From: Mobula hypostoma
Lineage: Eukaryota
Reading direction: 5' to 3'
NCBI RefSeq assembly: GCF_963921235.1
Contig: NC_086097.1
Span: 63,676,001-63,740,000, forward strand
DNA: 64,000 nt
Position numbers and translations under genes: made by a program. Shown piece by piece: positions 12,154-23,014 of the stretch. How positions within the stretch are numbered: the stretch's first letter is position 1; each line of letters begins with the position of its first letter. The notes beneath the pieces were generated by a model, which did no database searches, was not told the origin of the DNA, and was given only the letters and a program-made list of their open reading frames with translations.

Positions 12154-14706
12154 CTAGCGGAAGTTAGAGAAGTCAATGTTCATGCCATCAGGTTGGAGGC
12201 TACCCAGATGGAATATAAGGTGTTGTTCCTCCAACCTGAGTGTGGCTTCATCTTTACAGTAGAGGAGGCCGTGGATAGACATGTCAGAATGGGAATGGGA
12301 TGTGGAATTAAAATGTGTGGCCACTGGGAGATCCTGCTTTCTCTGGCGGACGGAGCGTAGATGTTCAGCAAAGCGGTCTCCCAGTCTGCGTCGGGTCTCA
12401 CCAATATATAAAAGGCCACATCGGGAGCACCGGACGCAGTATATCACCCCAGTCGACTCACAGGTGAAGTGATGCCTCACCTGGAAGGACTGTTTGGGGC
12501 CCTGAATGGTGGTAAGGGAGGAAGTGTAAGGGCATGTGTAGCACTTGTTCCGCTTACACGGATACGTGCCAGGAGGGAGATCAGTGGGGAGGGATGGGGG
12601 GGACGAATGGACAAGGGAGTTGTGTAGGGAGCGATCCCTGCGGAATGCAGGGGGGGGGGAGGGAAAGATGTGCTTAGTGGTGGGATCCCGTTGGAGGTGG
12701 CGGAAGTTACGGAGAATAATATGTTGGACCCGGAGGCTGGTGGGGTGGTAGGTGAGGACCAGGGGAACCCTATTCCTAGTGGGGTGGTGGGAGGATGGAG
12801 TGAGAGCAGATGTACGTGAAATGGGGGAGATGCGTTTAAGAGCAGAGTTGATAGTGGAAGAAGGGAAGCCCCTTTCTTTAAAAAATGAAGACATCTCCCT
12901 CGTCCTAGAATGAAAAGCCTCATCCTGAGAGCAGATGCGGCGGAGACGGAGGAATTGCGAGAAGGGGATGGCATTTTTGCAAGAGACAGGGTGAGAAGAG
13001 GAATAGTCCAGATAGCTGTGAGAGTCAGTAGGCTTATAGTAGACATCAGTGGATAAGCTGTCTCCAGAGACAGAGACAGAAAGATCTAGAAAGGGGAGGG
13101 AGGTGTCGGAAATGGACCAGGTAAACTTGAGGGCAGGGTGAAAGTTGGAGGCAAAGTTAATAAAGTCAACGAGTTCTGCATGCGTGTAGGAAGCAGCGCC
13201 AATGCAGTCGTCGATGTAGCGAAGGAAAAGTGGGGGACAGATACCAGAATAGGCACAGACCATAGATTGTTCCACAAACCCAACAAAAAGGCAGGCATAG
13301 CTAGGACCCATACGGGTGCCCATAGCTACACCTTTAGTTTGGAGGAAATGGGAGGAGCAAAAGGAGAAATTATTAAGAGTAAGGACTAATTCCGCTAGAC
13401 GGAGCAGAGTGGTGGTAGAGGGGAACTGATTAGGTCTGGAATCCAAAAAGAAGCGTAGAGCTTTGAGACCTTCCTGATGGGGGATGGAAGTATATAAGGA
13501 CTGGACATCCATGGTGAAAATAAAGCGGTGGGGGCCAGGGAACTTAAAATCATCGAAAAGTTTAAGAGCGTGAGAAGTGTCACGAACATAGGTCGGAAGG
13601 GATTGAACAAGGGGTGATAAAACAGTGTCAAGGTATGCAGAAACGAGTTCGGTGGGGCAGGAGCAAGCTGAGACAATAGGTCGGCCAGGACAGGCAGGTT
13701 TGTGGATCTTGGGTAGGAGGTAGAAACGGGAAGTGTGGGGTGTGGGAACTATAAGGTTGGTAACAGTGGATGGGAGATCCCCTGAGTGGATAAAGTCGGT
13801 GATAGTGTGGGAGACAATGGCCTGGTGCTCCTTAGTGGGGTCACGATCGAGGGGTAAATAAGAGGAGGTATCCGCGAGTTGTCGCTGTGCCTCGGCAAGG
13901 TAGAGGTCAGTACGCCAGACTACAACAGCACCCCCCTTATCAGCGGGTTTAATAATAAGGTTAGGATTAGTGCGGAGGGAGTGGAGAGCGGAGCGTTCCG
14001 AAGGAGTGAGGTTGGAATGGGGACAAGGTGCGGTGAAGTCGAGACGGTTGATGTCCCGTCGGCAGTTGGCAATAAAGAGATCCAGGGCAGGCAGAAGACC
14101 AGAGCGGGGTGTCCATGAAGAAGAGGAGGGTTGAAGTTGGGAGAAGGGGTCATCGGTGGGGATGGAAGAGTCCTTGCCGAAGAAGTGGGCTCGGAGACGG
14201 AGACGGCGGAAGAAAAGTTCCGCATCATGGCGAACACGGAACTCACTGAGGTGTGGGCGAAGGGGGACAAAGGTGAGGCCCTTACTGAGAACAGAGCGTT
14301 CTGCCTCAGACAGTTGAAGGTCGGAGGGGATGGTAAAGACCCGGCACGGATGAGAGCTGGGATCAGAGGGGGGAGGGGGGAGGCTGCGGGTGTCAATGGA
14401 GAGGGGAGGGTTGGAGTGAGAGGAAGATGGAGCCTCTGAGGGCCCAGGAGCTGACGGTAGGATCTGAGGGAGACGGGATTGCAGAGTATTGGTGGGGGAA
14501 GGGGAGACGGGAGTCACAACAGCAGCACATAAAGACCCGGCCTGGAGTTCAAGGCTGGAATCTTGAGAGCTGGGATCAGAGGGGGGAGGGGGGAGGCTGC
14601 GGGTGTCAGTGGAGAGGGGAGGGTTGGGGTGAGAGGAAGATGGAGCCTCTGAGGGCCCAGGAGTTGACGGTGGGATCTGAGGAAAACGGGGCTGCGGAGT
14701 GGTGAT
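12154..14706 (-). CDS. Penelope-like RT-GIY-YIG polyprotein, uninterrupted but N-terminally truncated
   Basis: IIKPADKGGAVVV, FYLLPKIHK, GRPIVS, MDVQSLYTSIP, GVAMGTRMGPSYA, RYIDD, Cys linker [28 protein letters not shown]...RFAEH. ORF-track residues from 14707-14883 are antisense Rex1 sequence. Confidence 0.9.
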   Translation of the reverse strand: MTTPQPRFPQIPPSTPGPSEAPSSSHPNPPLSTDTRSLPPPPSDPSSQDSSLELQAGSLCAAVVTPVSPSPTNTLQSRLPQILPSAPGPSEAPSSSHSNPPLSIDTRSLPPPPSDPSSHPCRVFTIPSDLQLSEAERSVLSKGLTFVPLRPHLSEFRVRHDAELFFRRLRLRAHFFGKDSSIPTDDPFSQLQPSSSSWTPRSGLLPALDLFIANCRRDINRLDFTAPCPHSNLTPSERSALHSLRTNPNLIIKPADKGGAVVVWRTDLYLAEAQRQLADTSSYLPLDRDPTKEHQAIVSHTITDFIHSGDLPSTVTNLIVPTPHTSRFYLLPKIHKPACPGRPIVSACSCPTELVSAYLDTVLSPLVQSLPTYVRDTSHALKLFDDFKFPGPHRFIFTMDVQSLYTSIPHQEGLKALRFFLDSRPNQFPSTTTLLRLAELVLTLNNFSFCSSHFLQTKGVAMGTRMGPSYACLFVGFVEQSMVCAYSGICPPLFLRYIDDCIGAASYTHAELVDFINFASNFHPALKFTWSISDTSLPFLDLSVSVSGDSLSTDVYYKPTDSHSYLDYSSSHPVSCKNAIPFSQFLRLRRICSQDEAFHSRTREMSSFFKERGFPSSTINSALKRISPISRTSALTPSSHHPTRNRVPLVLTYHPTSLRVQHIILRNFRHLQRDPTTKHIFPSPPPAFRRDRSLHNSLVHSSPPSLPTDLPPGTYPCKRNKCYTCPYTSSLTTIQGPKQSFQVRHHFTCESTGVIYCVRCSRCGLLYIGETRRRLGDRFAEHLRSVRQRKQDLPVATHFNSTSHSHSDMSIHGLLYCKDEATLRLEEQHLIFHLGSLQPDGMNIDFSNFR
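14352..14704 (-). repeat. 213-bp-period duplication encoding Pro/Ser-rich repeats in the Penelope N-terminus
   Basis: GAGAGCTGGGATCAGAGGGGGG starts at 14352 and again at 14565; the peptide PGPSEAPSSSHxNPPLSxDTRSLPPPPSDPSS occurs twice. Confidence 0.85.
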
Positions 14707-17700
14707 GTTTGCTGATGACGCAACAATTGTAGGCCTTATCTCGGGTAATGATAAGTTTGAGTACAGAGAGGAAATTAAGAACCTGGTGGCATGGTGTGAA
14801 GACAATAACCTATCCCTCAATGTCAGCAAGGCAAAGGAATTGGTTGTTGACCTCAGAGGGAGTAGCGGACCGCACGACCCCATTTACATCAGCGGTGCAC
14901 AAGTGGAACAGGTCAAAAGCTTTAAGTTCCTCGGGGTCAATATCACAAATGACCTAATTTGGTCCAAACAAGCAGGGTTCACTGCCAAGAAGGCCCACCA
15001 GCGCCTTTACTTCCTGAGAAAACTAAAGAAATTTGGACTGTCCCCTAAAACCCTCACTAATTTTTATAGATGCACTGTAGAAAGCATTCTACTAGGGTGC
15101 ATCACAACCTGGTATGGAAGTTGTCCTGTCCAAGACCGAAAGAAGCTGCAGAAGATCGTGAACACGGCGCAGCACATCACACAAACCAATCTTCCGTCCG
15201 TGGACTCACTTTACACCGCACGCTGTTGGAGCAGTGCTGCCAGGAAAATCAAGGACACGACCCACCCAGCCAACACACTTCTCGTCCCTCTTCCCTCCGG
15301 GAGAAGGCTCAGGAGCTTGAAGACTCATACGGCCAGATTTGGGAACAGCTTCTTTCCAACTGTGATAAGACTGCTGAACGGACCCTGACCCGGATCTGGG
15401 CCATTCCGTCCAAATATCCAGACCTGCCTCTCGGTTTTTTTGCGCGACCTTACTTTCCATTTTTCTATTTTCTATTTATGATTTATAATTTAAATTTTTA
15501 ATACTTACTAATTTTTACTATTTTTAATATTTAATATTTGTAATCAAGGGAGTGGGAAGCGCAGAAACAAATATCGCTGTGATGATTGTACATCCTAGTA
15601 CCAATTGTTTGGCGACAATAAAGTATAAAGTATAAAGTAAAGTATAAGCCTAGTCGATTCAGTATTTCTTCATATGAAAGCCCTGCCATCCCAGGAATCA
15701 ATCTGGTGAACCTTCTTTGTACTCCCTCTATGGCAAGAATGTCTTTCCTCAGATTAGGGACCAAAATTGCACACAATACTCCAGGTGTGGTCTCACCAAG
15801 GCCTTGTACAACTGCAGTAGTACCTCCCTGCTCCTGTACTCGAATCCTCTTGCTATAAATGCCAATATACCATTCGCATTTTTCACCGCCTGCTGTACCT
15901 GCATGCCCACTTTCAATGACTGGTGTACAATGACACCCAGGTCTCGTTGCACCTCCCCTTTTCCTAATCGGCCACCATTCAGATAATAATCTGTTTTCCT
16001 GTTCTTGCCACCAAAGTGGATAACCTCACATTTATCCACATTAAATTGCATCTGCCATGAATTTGCCCACTCACCTAACCTATCCAAGTCACCCTGCATC
16101 CTCTTAGCATCCTCCTCACAGTTAACACTGCCGCCCAGCTTCGTGTCATCCGCAGACTTGGAGATACTGCATTTAATTCCCTCGACTAAATCACTAATAT
16201 ATATTGTAAACAACTGGGGTCCCAGCACTGAGCCTTGCGGTACTCCACTAAGTCACTGCCTGCCATTCTGAAAAGGTCCCGTTTATTCCCACTCTTTGCT
16301 TCCTGTCTGCCAACCAATTTTCTATCCACATCAATACCATACCCCTAATACCGTGTGCTTTAAGTTTGCACACTAATCTCCTGTGTGGGACCTTGTCAAA
16401 AGCCTTTTGAAAATCCAAATATACCACATCCACTGGTTCTCCCCTATCCACTCTACTAGTTACATCCTCAAAAAATTCTATAAGATTCGTTAGACATGAT
16501 TTTCCTTTCAACAATCCATGTCGACTTTGTCCAATGATTTTACCACTTTCCAAATGTGCTGTTATCACATCTTTGTTAACTGACTCTAGCATTTTCCCCA
16601 CCACTGATGTCAGGCTAACCGGTCTATAATTCCCCGATTTCTCTCTCCCTCCTTTTTTAAAAAGCGGGGTTACATTAGCCACCATCCAATCCTCAGGAAC
16701 TAATCCAGAATCTAAAGAGTTTTGAAAAATTATCACTAATGCATCCACTATTTCTTGCGCTACTTCCTTAAGCACTCTGGGATGCAGACCATCTGGCCCT
16801 AGGGATTTATCTGCCTTTAATCCCTTCAATTTATCTAACACCACTTCCCTACTAACATGTATTTCCCTCAGTTCCTCCATCTCACTAGACCCTCTGTCCC
16901 TTACTATTTCCGGAAGATTAGTTATGTCCTCCTTAGTGAAGACAGAACCAAAGTAATTATTCAACTGGTCTGCCATGTCCTTGTTCCCCATGATCAATTC
17001 ACCTGTTTCTGACTGTAAGGGACCTACATTTGTCTTAACCAATCTTTTTCTTTTCACATATCTATAACAGCTTTTACAGTCAGTTTTTATGTTCCCTGCC
17101 AGCTTTCTCTCATAATCTTTTTTCTTTTTCCTAATTAAGTCCTTTTTCCTCCTCTGCTGGACTCTGAATTTCTCCCAGTCCTCAGGTGTGCCGCTTTTTC
17201 TGGCTAATTTGTATGTTTCTTCTTAGGAATTGTCAGCCACAGGTGCACTACCTTCCCTGATTTATTCTTTTGCCAAACTGGGATGAACAATTGTTGTAGT
17301 TCATCCATGCGATCTTTAAATACTTGCCATTGCATATCCACCATCAACCCTTTAAGTATCATTTGCCAGTCTATCTTAGCTAATTCACATCTGATACCTT
17401 CAAAGTTACCCTTCTTTAAGTTCAGTACCTTTGTTTCTGAATTAACTATGACACTCTCCATCTTAATGAAGAATTGCACCATATTATGCAAGACAAGATT
17501 GCTAACTAACCGGTCCTCATTGCTCAATACCCAGTCTAGAATGGCCTGCTCTCTAGTTGGTTAGTTGGGCCTAAAACATTGTGTGTGCATCTTTAGGCAC
17601 TTTTGCCTGTCCCTGATGGTAGTAGTTACAATAGGGCATGTCCTGAATTATGGGGGTCCTTGATGATGAGTTCCACCTTCTTAAGTCACCACCTCTGGAA

Positions 17701-20340
17701 GATGCCGTTGATTGTGAGGCTTGTGCCTATGATGGAGCTGGCTGAAACTACAGCCCTCTGCAGTCTCTTCTGACCCTCTGCATAGGAACCTTCATACCAG
17801 GCCGTGATGCAACCAATCAGAATGCTTCCCATGATATATCTGTGGAAATGTTCTACAGTATTTGTGACATACCAAATTTCTTCAGACTCCTAATTAAATA
17901 CAGATCCTGGTGTGCCTTCTTCATGATTGCATTAGTATGTGAGGCCCAAGATAGATTGAGATGTTAATGCACAGGAATTTGAAGCTGCTCTACCTTTCCA
18001 TTGCTGACCCCACGATGAGGAGTAGTGTGTGTTCTCCCAATTTCCCCTTCCTGAAGTCTACAATCAATTCCTTGGCCCTGCTGACAGTGAGTGCGAGGTA
18101 CTTGTTGTGATACCACTCAACCATCTGATCTATCTCATTCCTGCACACCTCCTTGTTGCTATCTGAGATTCTACCAACAACAGTGAATATATAGACAGCA
18201 TTGAGTTGTGCTTAGCCACACAGTCGTGACTGTAGAGGGAGTAGAGCAGAGGGCATGCATCCTTGAGATGTGCCTGTGTTGATTGTCAGCAAAGAGGAGG
18301 TGTCATTACCAAACCCCACTGCCGGTGGTCTCCCGATGAGCAAGTCAAGGATCCAGGTGCAGAGGAAGTTACAGCAGACCAGGGTTTGGAGCTTGTTGAT
18401 TAGTGCTGAGGGTATTACTGTGTTGAATGCTAAGCTGTAATCAATAAACAGCAGCCTGATGTAGGTATTACTGTTATTGTCCAGGTGGTCCAAAGCCAAG
18501 TGGAGAGCCAGTGAGATTGCATCCACTGTAGACCTATGGTGGTGATAGGCACATTGAAGCAGGTCCAGGTCCTTGCTTAGACGGGAGTTGATTCTAGCCA
18601 TGACCAACCTCTCCGAGCATTTTATCACGGTAGATGTGAGGGCAGCTGGACAAGGGTCATTAAAGCAGCTCATATTGCTCATCTTGGACACTGACATAAT
18701 TGATGCCCTTTTGAAATTGGTGGGAACCTCTGACTGCAGCAGTGAGAGATTGAAAATGTCCTTGAACACTCTAGCCAGCTGGTCAACAGAGGTTTTCAAT
18801 ACCCCAACAGGTACACCATCAGGGTCTGATGCCTTTCGAAGGTTCATCCTCGTGAATGATGCTCTGATGTTAGTTTCTGAGACAGAGATCATAGAGTTGG
18901 CAGATGTTGTGGGGATCCATGCAGGTGTAGTTTTATTCCTCCCTTCAAAGCGTGCAATGGAATTGCCTTTTCACTTTTACGATTGCATTCTGTAGATTGT
19001 AGAGTTCTGGATCACTGATCCTGAATGCCATTGATCTAGCCCTCAGCAAAATATGAATGTCTTGGTTCATCCATGCCTTCTGGTTTGAGAATGACTATTA
19101 CGCTCTCTAAGACTCAGTCATCCACACAGGTCTTGAAGTAGCAGTAGATGTTGTTGGCACATTCATTCAGATGCAAAGATAGATCCCTGAATATGGTGTA
19201 ATCCACTGACTCAAAGCAAACCTCTAAGCGTTACTTCACCTCCCTTGACCATGCCTTCATGGTCCTCACCAGCGGTGCTGTGGTTCTCATTCTCTATCTG
19301 TCAGTAGTAAAAGTACAGCCAAATGATTAGCCTTGCCAAAGTGTGGGTGTAGATGGCGTGGTAAGCGTTCTTGATGGTGGTGTAACAGTGAACAAGTGTG
19401 TTGGCTCCCTGGTTCCACAGGTAACATGTTGGTGCTTGACTGTCAGAGGCTTTTCAAGCTGGCCAAGTTGAAGTCCCCCGCAATGACCAGGAAAGCATCA
19501 GAGTGCACTACCTTGTAGCTGTTGATCACAGTGCTCAGCTCCTCCAGTGCCATCTTAACATTTGCCAGAGATGCAAAGTACATCGCAACCAAGATGACAG
19601 AGGAAAATTCCCATGGCAGAACAGATGGATTCAGTGTTGTTAAAAAAATCTGTAGCCAAATATGACATTAAGATGATAGAAAATATTGTCAGACTCATAT
19701 CTGCTTCTCCATTTCACAATTCAATCTCAACCCCTTCTTATTTACAAGGTCCACCTTCTGTAAGCTATTACCTCTCTTCTCCACTCCTTTAATCATCATC
19801 CTAAGATCCTGTGCTTTTCTCCTCTCTGATAGCCAAAAGCTCTCACTTGGCCAAGGAGAACCAGGCAATTGGCAAGCTTAATCAGATGATCTAACACCTG
19901 CGACCACTTTGAGAACAGTCTCATCCAAAATTTGTCCTTCGGTGGCCAAAGTTGCTTGAGGATGTCCCATACTCCAAGTCAATGCAGCAGTCAAGGTACA
20001 TTAATATATAATAGGAAAATGTTTCTATTGATAGTTGTTTTCAATGATAGTTGGAAGTATAAATGAGTTTTACAAAGCAATTATTATTTTGCAGCTGTCC
20101 GTAGTTTTGGGCAAAAGATCACAGAGATACTCAGCTGCAGAAAAAAGGTAAATATGGCCTGTGGTAGAAATGGTTTCTTGGATAATATCTATTAGATTTT
20201 CAATTGAATTAAGATTTTATCTGGCTAGTAATGGGCTGCCAACAGTCCCTCTGACTTTTTTATTGCTTGTTGAAGTAACTAAGAAGACTGGTGAAGTGGT
20301 AGATGCAGCTTTTTCTGCAAATGATGGCATATTCCAATTT

Positions 20341-21290
20341 GGGTGCTGGAGGAACTCAGCAGGTCAGGCAGCATCTATGGAGAAGAGATGCTGTTCCAGG
20401 CTGAGGCCCTTCATCAGGACTGGCGATGGAGGGAGAAGAAACCGAATAAGAATGTGAAAGGAGGGGAAGGAGTACATGCTGGCAGGTGAAACCCGGTGAG
20501 GGGGAAGATGGATGGGTGGGTGAGAAGGAAGAAGTAAGAAGCTGGGAGGTGATAGGTGGAGAAAAATGCTGCTCAGAAGAAATCTGATAGGAGAGGACAG
20601 TGTAACATGGGAGAAGGGGAAGGAAGAAGAGTACCAGAGGGAGATGATAGGCTGGTGAGGAGAAAAGAAGGGGTAAGAGAGAAGTCAGAATAGGGAAAGG
20701 AAAAAGAGAGAGGGTTGGGGAAAATTACCAGAAGTTGGAGAAATCAATATTCATGCTATCAGGTTGAAGGCTAAATCGATACAATATGAGGTGTTAGTCT
20801 TCCAACCTGAGTGTGGCCTTATCTTGGTAGTTAGGGAGGCCATGGGCCGACACATAGGAATGGAAATTTGAAGCCAGGTTGTGGTGGACAGAGCAATGGT
20901 GTTCTATGAAGAGAACTTCAATCTACATTGGATCTCATGGATGGCACCTCACCTGGAAGGACTGTTTAAAGCCCTGAATGATAATGAGGGAGGAGATGTA
21001 GGGGCAGTTGTAGCACTTGTCCTGCTTACAGGATTAAATGCCAGAAGTGAAATCAGTGGGGGGGACGAGTGGACAAAAGAGTCATGTACAGAGCGATCCC
21101 TGTGGGAAGCAGGATGAGTGTAGGGTGGGGGGGGGGGAGGAAGAGAAATCTGTGTTTAGTAGTAGGATCCTGGTGTAGGTGGCCGAAGTTATGGAGAATG
21201 ATGTGCCTGATGAGGAGGCTTATGGAGTGGTAAGTAAGGACAAGTTGAACCCTTGCAGCAAGCAGAACGGGCTTCAAATCAGATCTGTGT
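20341..21290 (-). mobile_element. Older Penelope-like 3' fragment
   Basis: Decayed LVLTYH...HIILHNF...QDPTTKH coding remnant, 3' UTR and degenerate hammerhead (CAGTCCTGATGAAGGGCCTCAGCCTGGAAC on the minus strand). Confidence 0.8.
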
Positions 21291-23014
21291 GAATACTAAT
21301 AATATCTGTATTTAATCCATAAATATCTGACACATGTTCGCATCCACTCTAATAAAGTTACTGGTGATTCTAGAAATGCATACTCGTGCATGAAATTAGA
21401 AAGATCGCATTCAATGTGCCAAAAATGGTTCTTTGCATTCAATTTTGTAGCTCAAGAATCCTCACTTTCTTGAAACAGAAATTGATTGAGAAAAGGGGTC
21501 TTGGAATTAATGCAAAATTAGCCAAAGACTGGTGAACAATATAGAAGATTATATATATAGGATGAATACAGATTGTATTAAAGTTGTATATGTAAGGTAT
21601 TTACTGTTATTTTTCTTAGAAACTTGTGGAAAAAGTTAATGGGTTGTGTAGCAAATGCTTTCATTCTGAGAGCTGAGCTTGCATTAGATCATAATTCATG
21701 AAAGACAGTTAAAATACCAAAATATAATTGTTCTTGGTCTTGGATCTGTTTTACTGCTGATGAGATTCAAAATTTTCCCCACATTTCCTCCTTGAGTTTT
21801 TATTCTTTCTTTGCATCCCAGGACAGCGTCAGATCATGGCTGGTCTTTAATTATGACACTTTAGACATCACTAGCATGATGGACTTTTTTACCTGTCATT
21901 TCCATAGGTTTATAATGTTCTCAAAATATTTTAATGAGTGCTTGAATACCACCATTGGAATAATGATGCCATTACAGGCTCTTTTCTTCTAAGCTGTCTC
22001 TGAAGGATGAATTGCTTCTACTGCCACAAGGGAAGCAGGTGGTGCTCCATAGTTCTGTGGGTGATGATGTTCTAATTTATCAATGAGGCTTTGGGAAAAT
22101 CCTACAAACATTTTCTCTAAAATTCAGGAATTTCATTGCTATGAAGGAGCTTCGAGTACCTCGTATCAGGCATATGGATGATGAGGCCCTGCTGAATGTG
22201 ATTAGATAGAGTTGAGATAGAGAGATAGAGATAAAGTGAGAGAGGGAAGATGAAAGTAAGAATTTTAAAGCAGCATAATGCAGAACTGTATGAAAAGCTG
22301 ACATGTCAGGCTACTCTGGTAGAAAAACTGAGCCAAAATTACAGTTGAATAACCTAAAGTAGAAAAGGAGCTCTGGAGATGTAGCAAGTCAAGCAGAGAG
22401 GATTAAAGCACTGGGATTTTCAAAAATGACTAAAATATAAAGCAGTTTCAACTTCTATTCAGTTATGTAATTTTATAATTAAGCATAGTTTCCAGTGAGT
22501 GGAAAATGATAAATCTCATCCAAAAAATGTTGTACACTACTGGTTTGGTTGCTTTATTATTGATAGCTATATTAGTGGACAGCAACATAGAAGAACACTA
22601 CATTGATCATATAGACATGTACCCAAAATATCTGCGATGTTGCTGCTTGATACAATAGCAAGGTAGTAACTAACTGAGGTAATAGAAAATAGGGAATTCA
22701 AGGAAGAACATAATATTGGTATGCAGTGAACACAATGGATGTTTGATACATTATTGTTCTAGCCACTGCTGTTAGTGAAGTACCTTTGATATTTCTTTAG
22801 ATTCATGCCTGTTATTTGTTCGTGAACAGCAACACATAAGAAACTGCAGACACTACATCCTCTAGAATTGAACTTACTGAGGCTGATCAGCTTGTCTCCC
22901 ACACAAGAAAATAGCAGTAGAAGCAGTACCACAAGCTTACCCCTCCATTCCATATGACCATAGCTGATCTGTGCTGGCCTTAACTCCTCTTAAGTGCCGT
23001 AACTATCAACTTAA

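Larger units (their letters stand above)
11728..14706 (-). mobile_element. Penelope-like element, Neptune-like, 5'-truncated
   Basis: TSD GTTTGCT at 11721-11727 and 14707-14713; RT + GIY-YIG ORF; pyrimidine-rich 3' UTR ending CAGCATCTGCAGAATTCCTGTTGTT. Confidence 0.95.
11070..15640 (+). mobile_element. Rex1/Babar-like LINE, 5'-truncated, split by a Penelope element
   Basis: [57 protein letters not shown] plus (AAAGTAT)n tail; TSD AGTATAAG at 11062-11069 and 15641-15648. Confidence 0.92.
10647..17560 (-). mobile_element. CR1-clade LINE split by a Rex1-like insertion at 11070-15640
   Basis: ORF fragments 17204-17527, 16248-17057, 15749-16228 and 10721-11069 form one frameshifted CR1 ORF2 that rejoins across AGTATAAG. 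Confidence 0.93.
8680..19640 (-). mobile_element. Old Rex1/Babar-like LINE hosting nested insertions; own sequence at about 8680-8725, 10524-10646 and 17570-19640
   Basis: RT remnant ORF 18212-18892 ([27 protein letters not shown]). The 3' region TTCAGAAATCTGATGG (10620) continues as CCTAAAACATTGTGTGTGCATCTTTAGGC (17570), a junction seen uninterrupted in the related copy at about 55694. Confidence 0.7.

Noticed and set aside
14707..14883. First ~59 aa of the 909-aa ORF as a genuine Penelope N-terminus
   Set aside because: It lies outside the GTTTGCT TSD and is antisense Rex1 RT sequence that happens to be open in frame.
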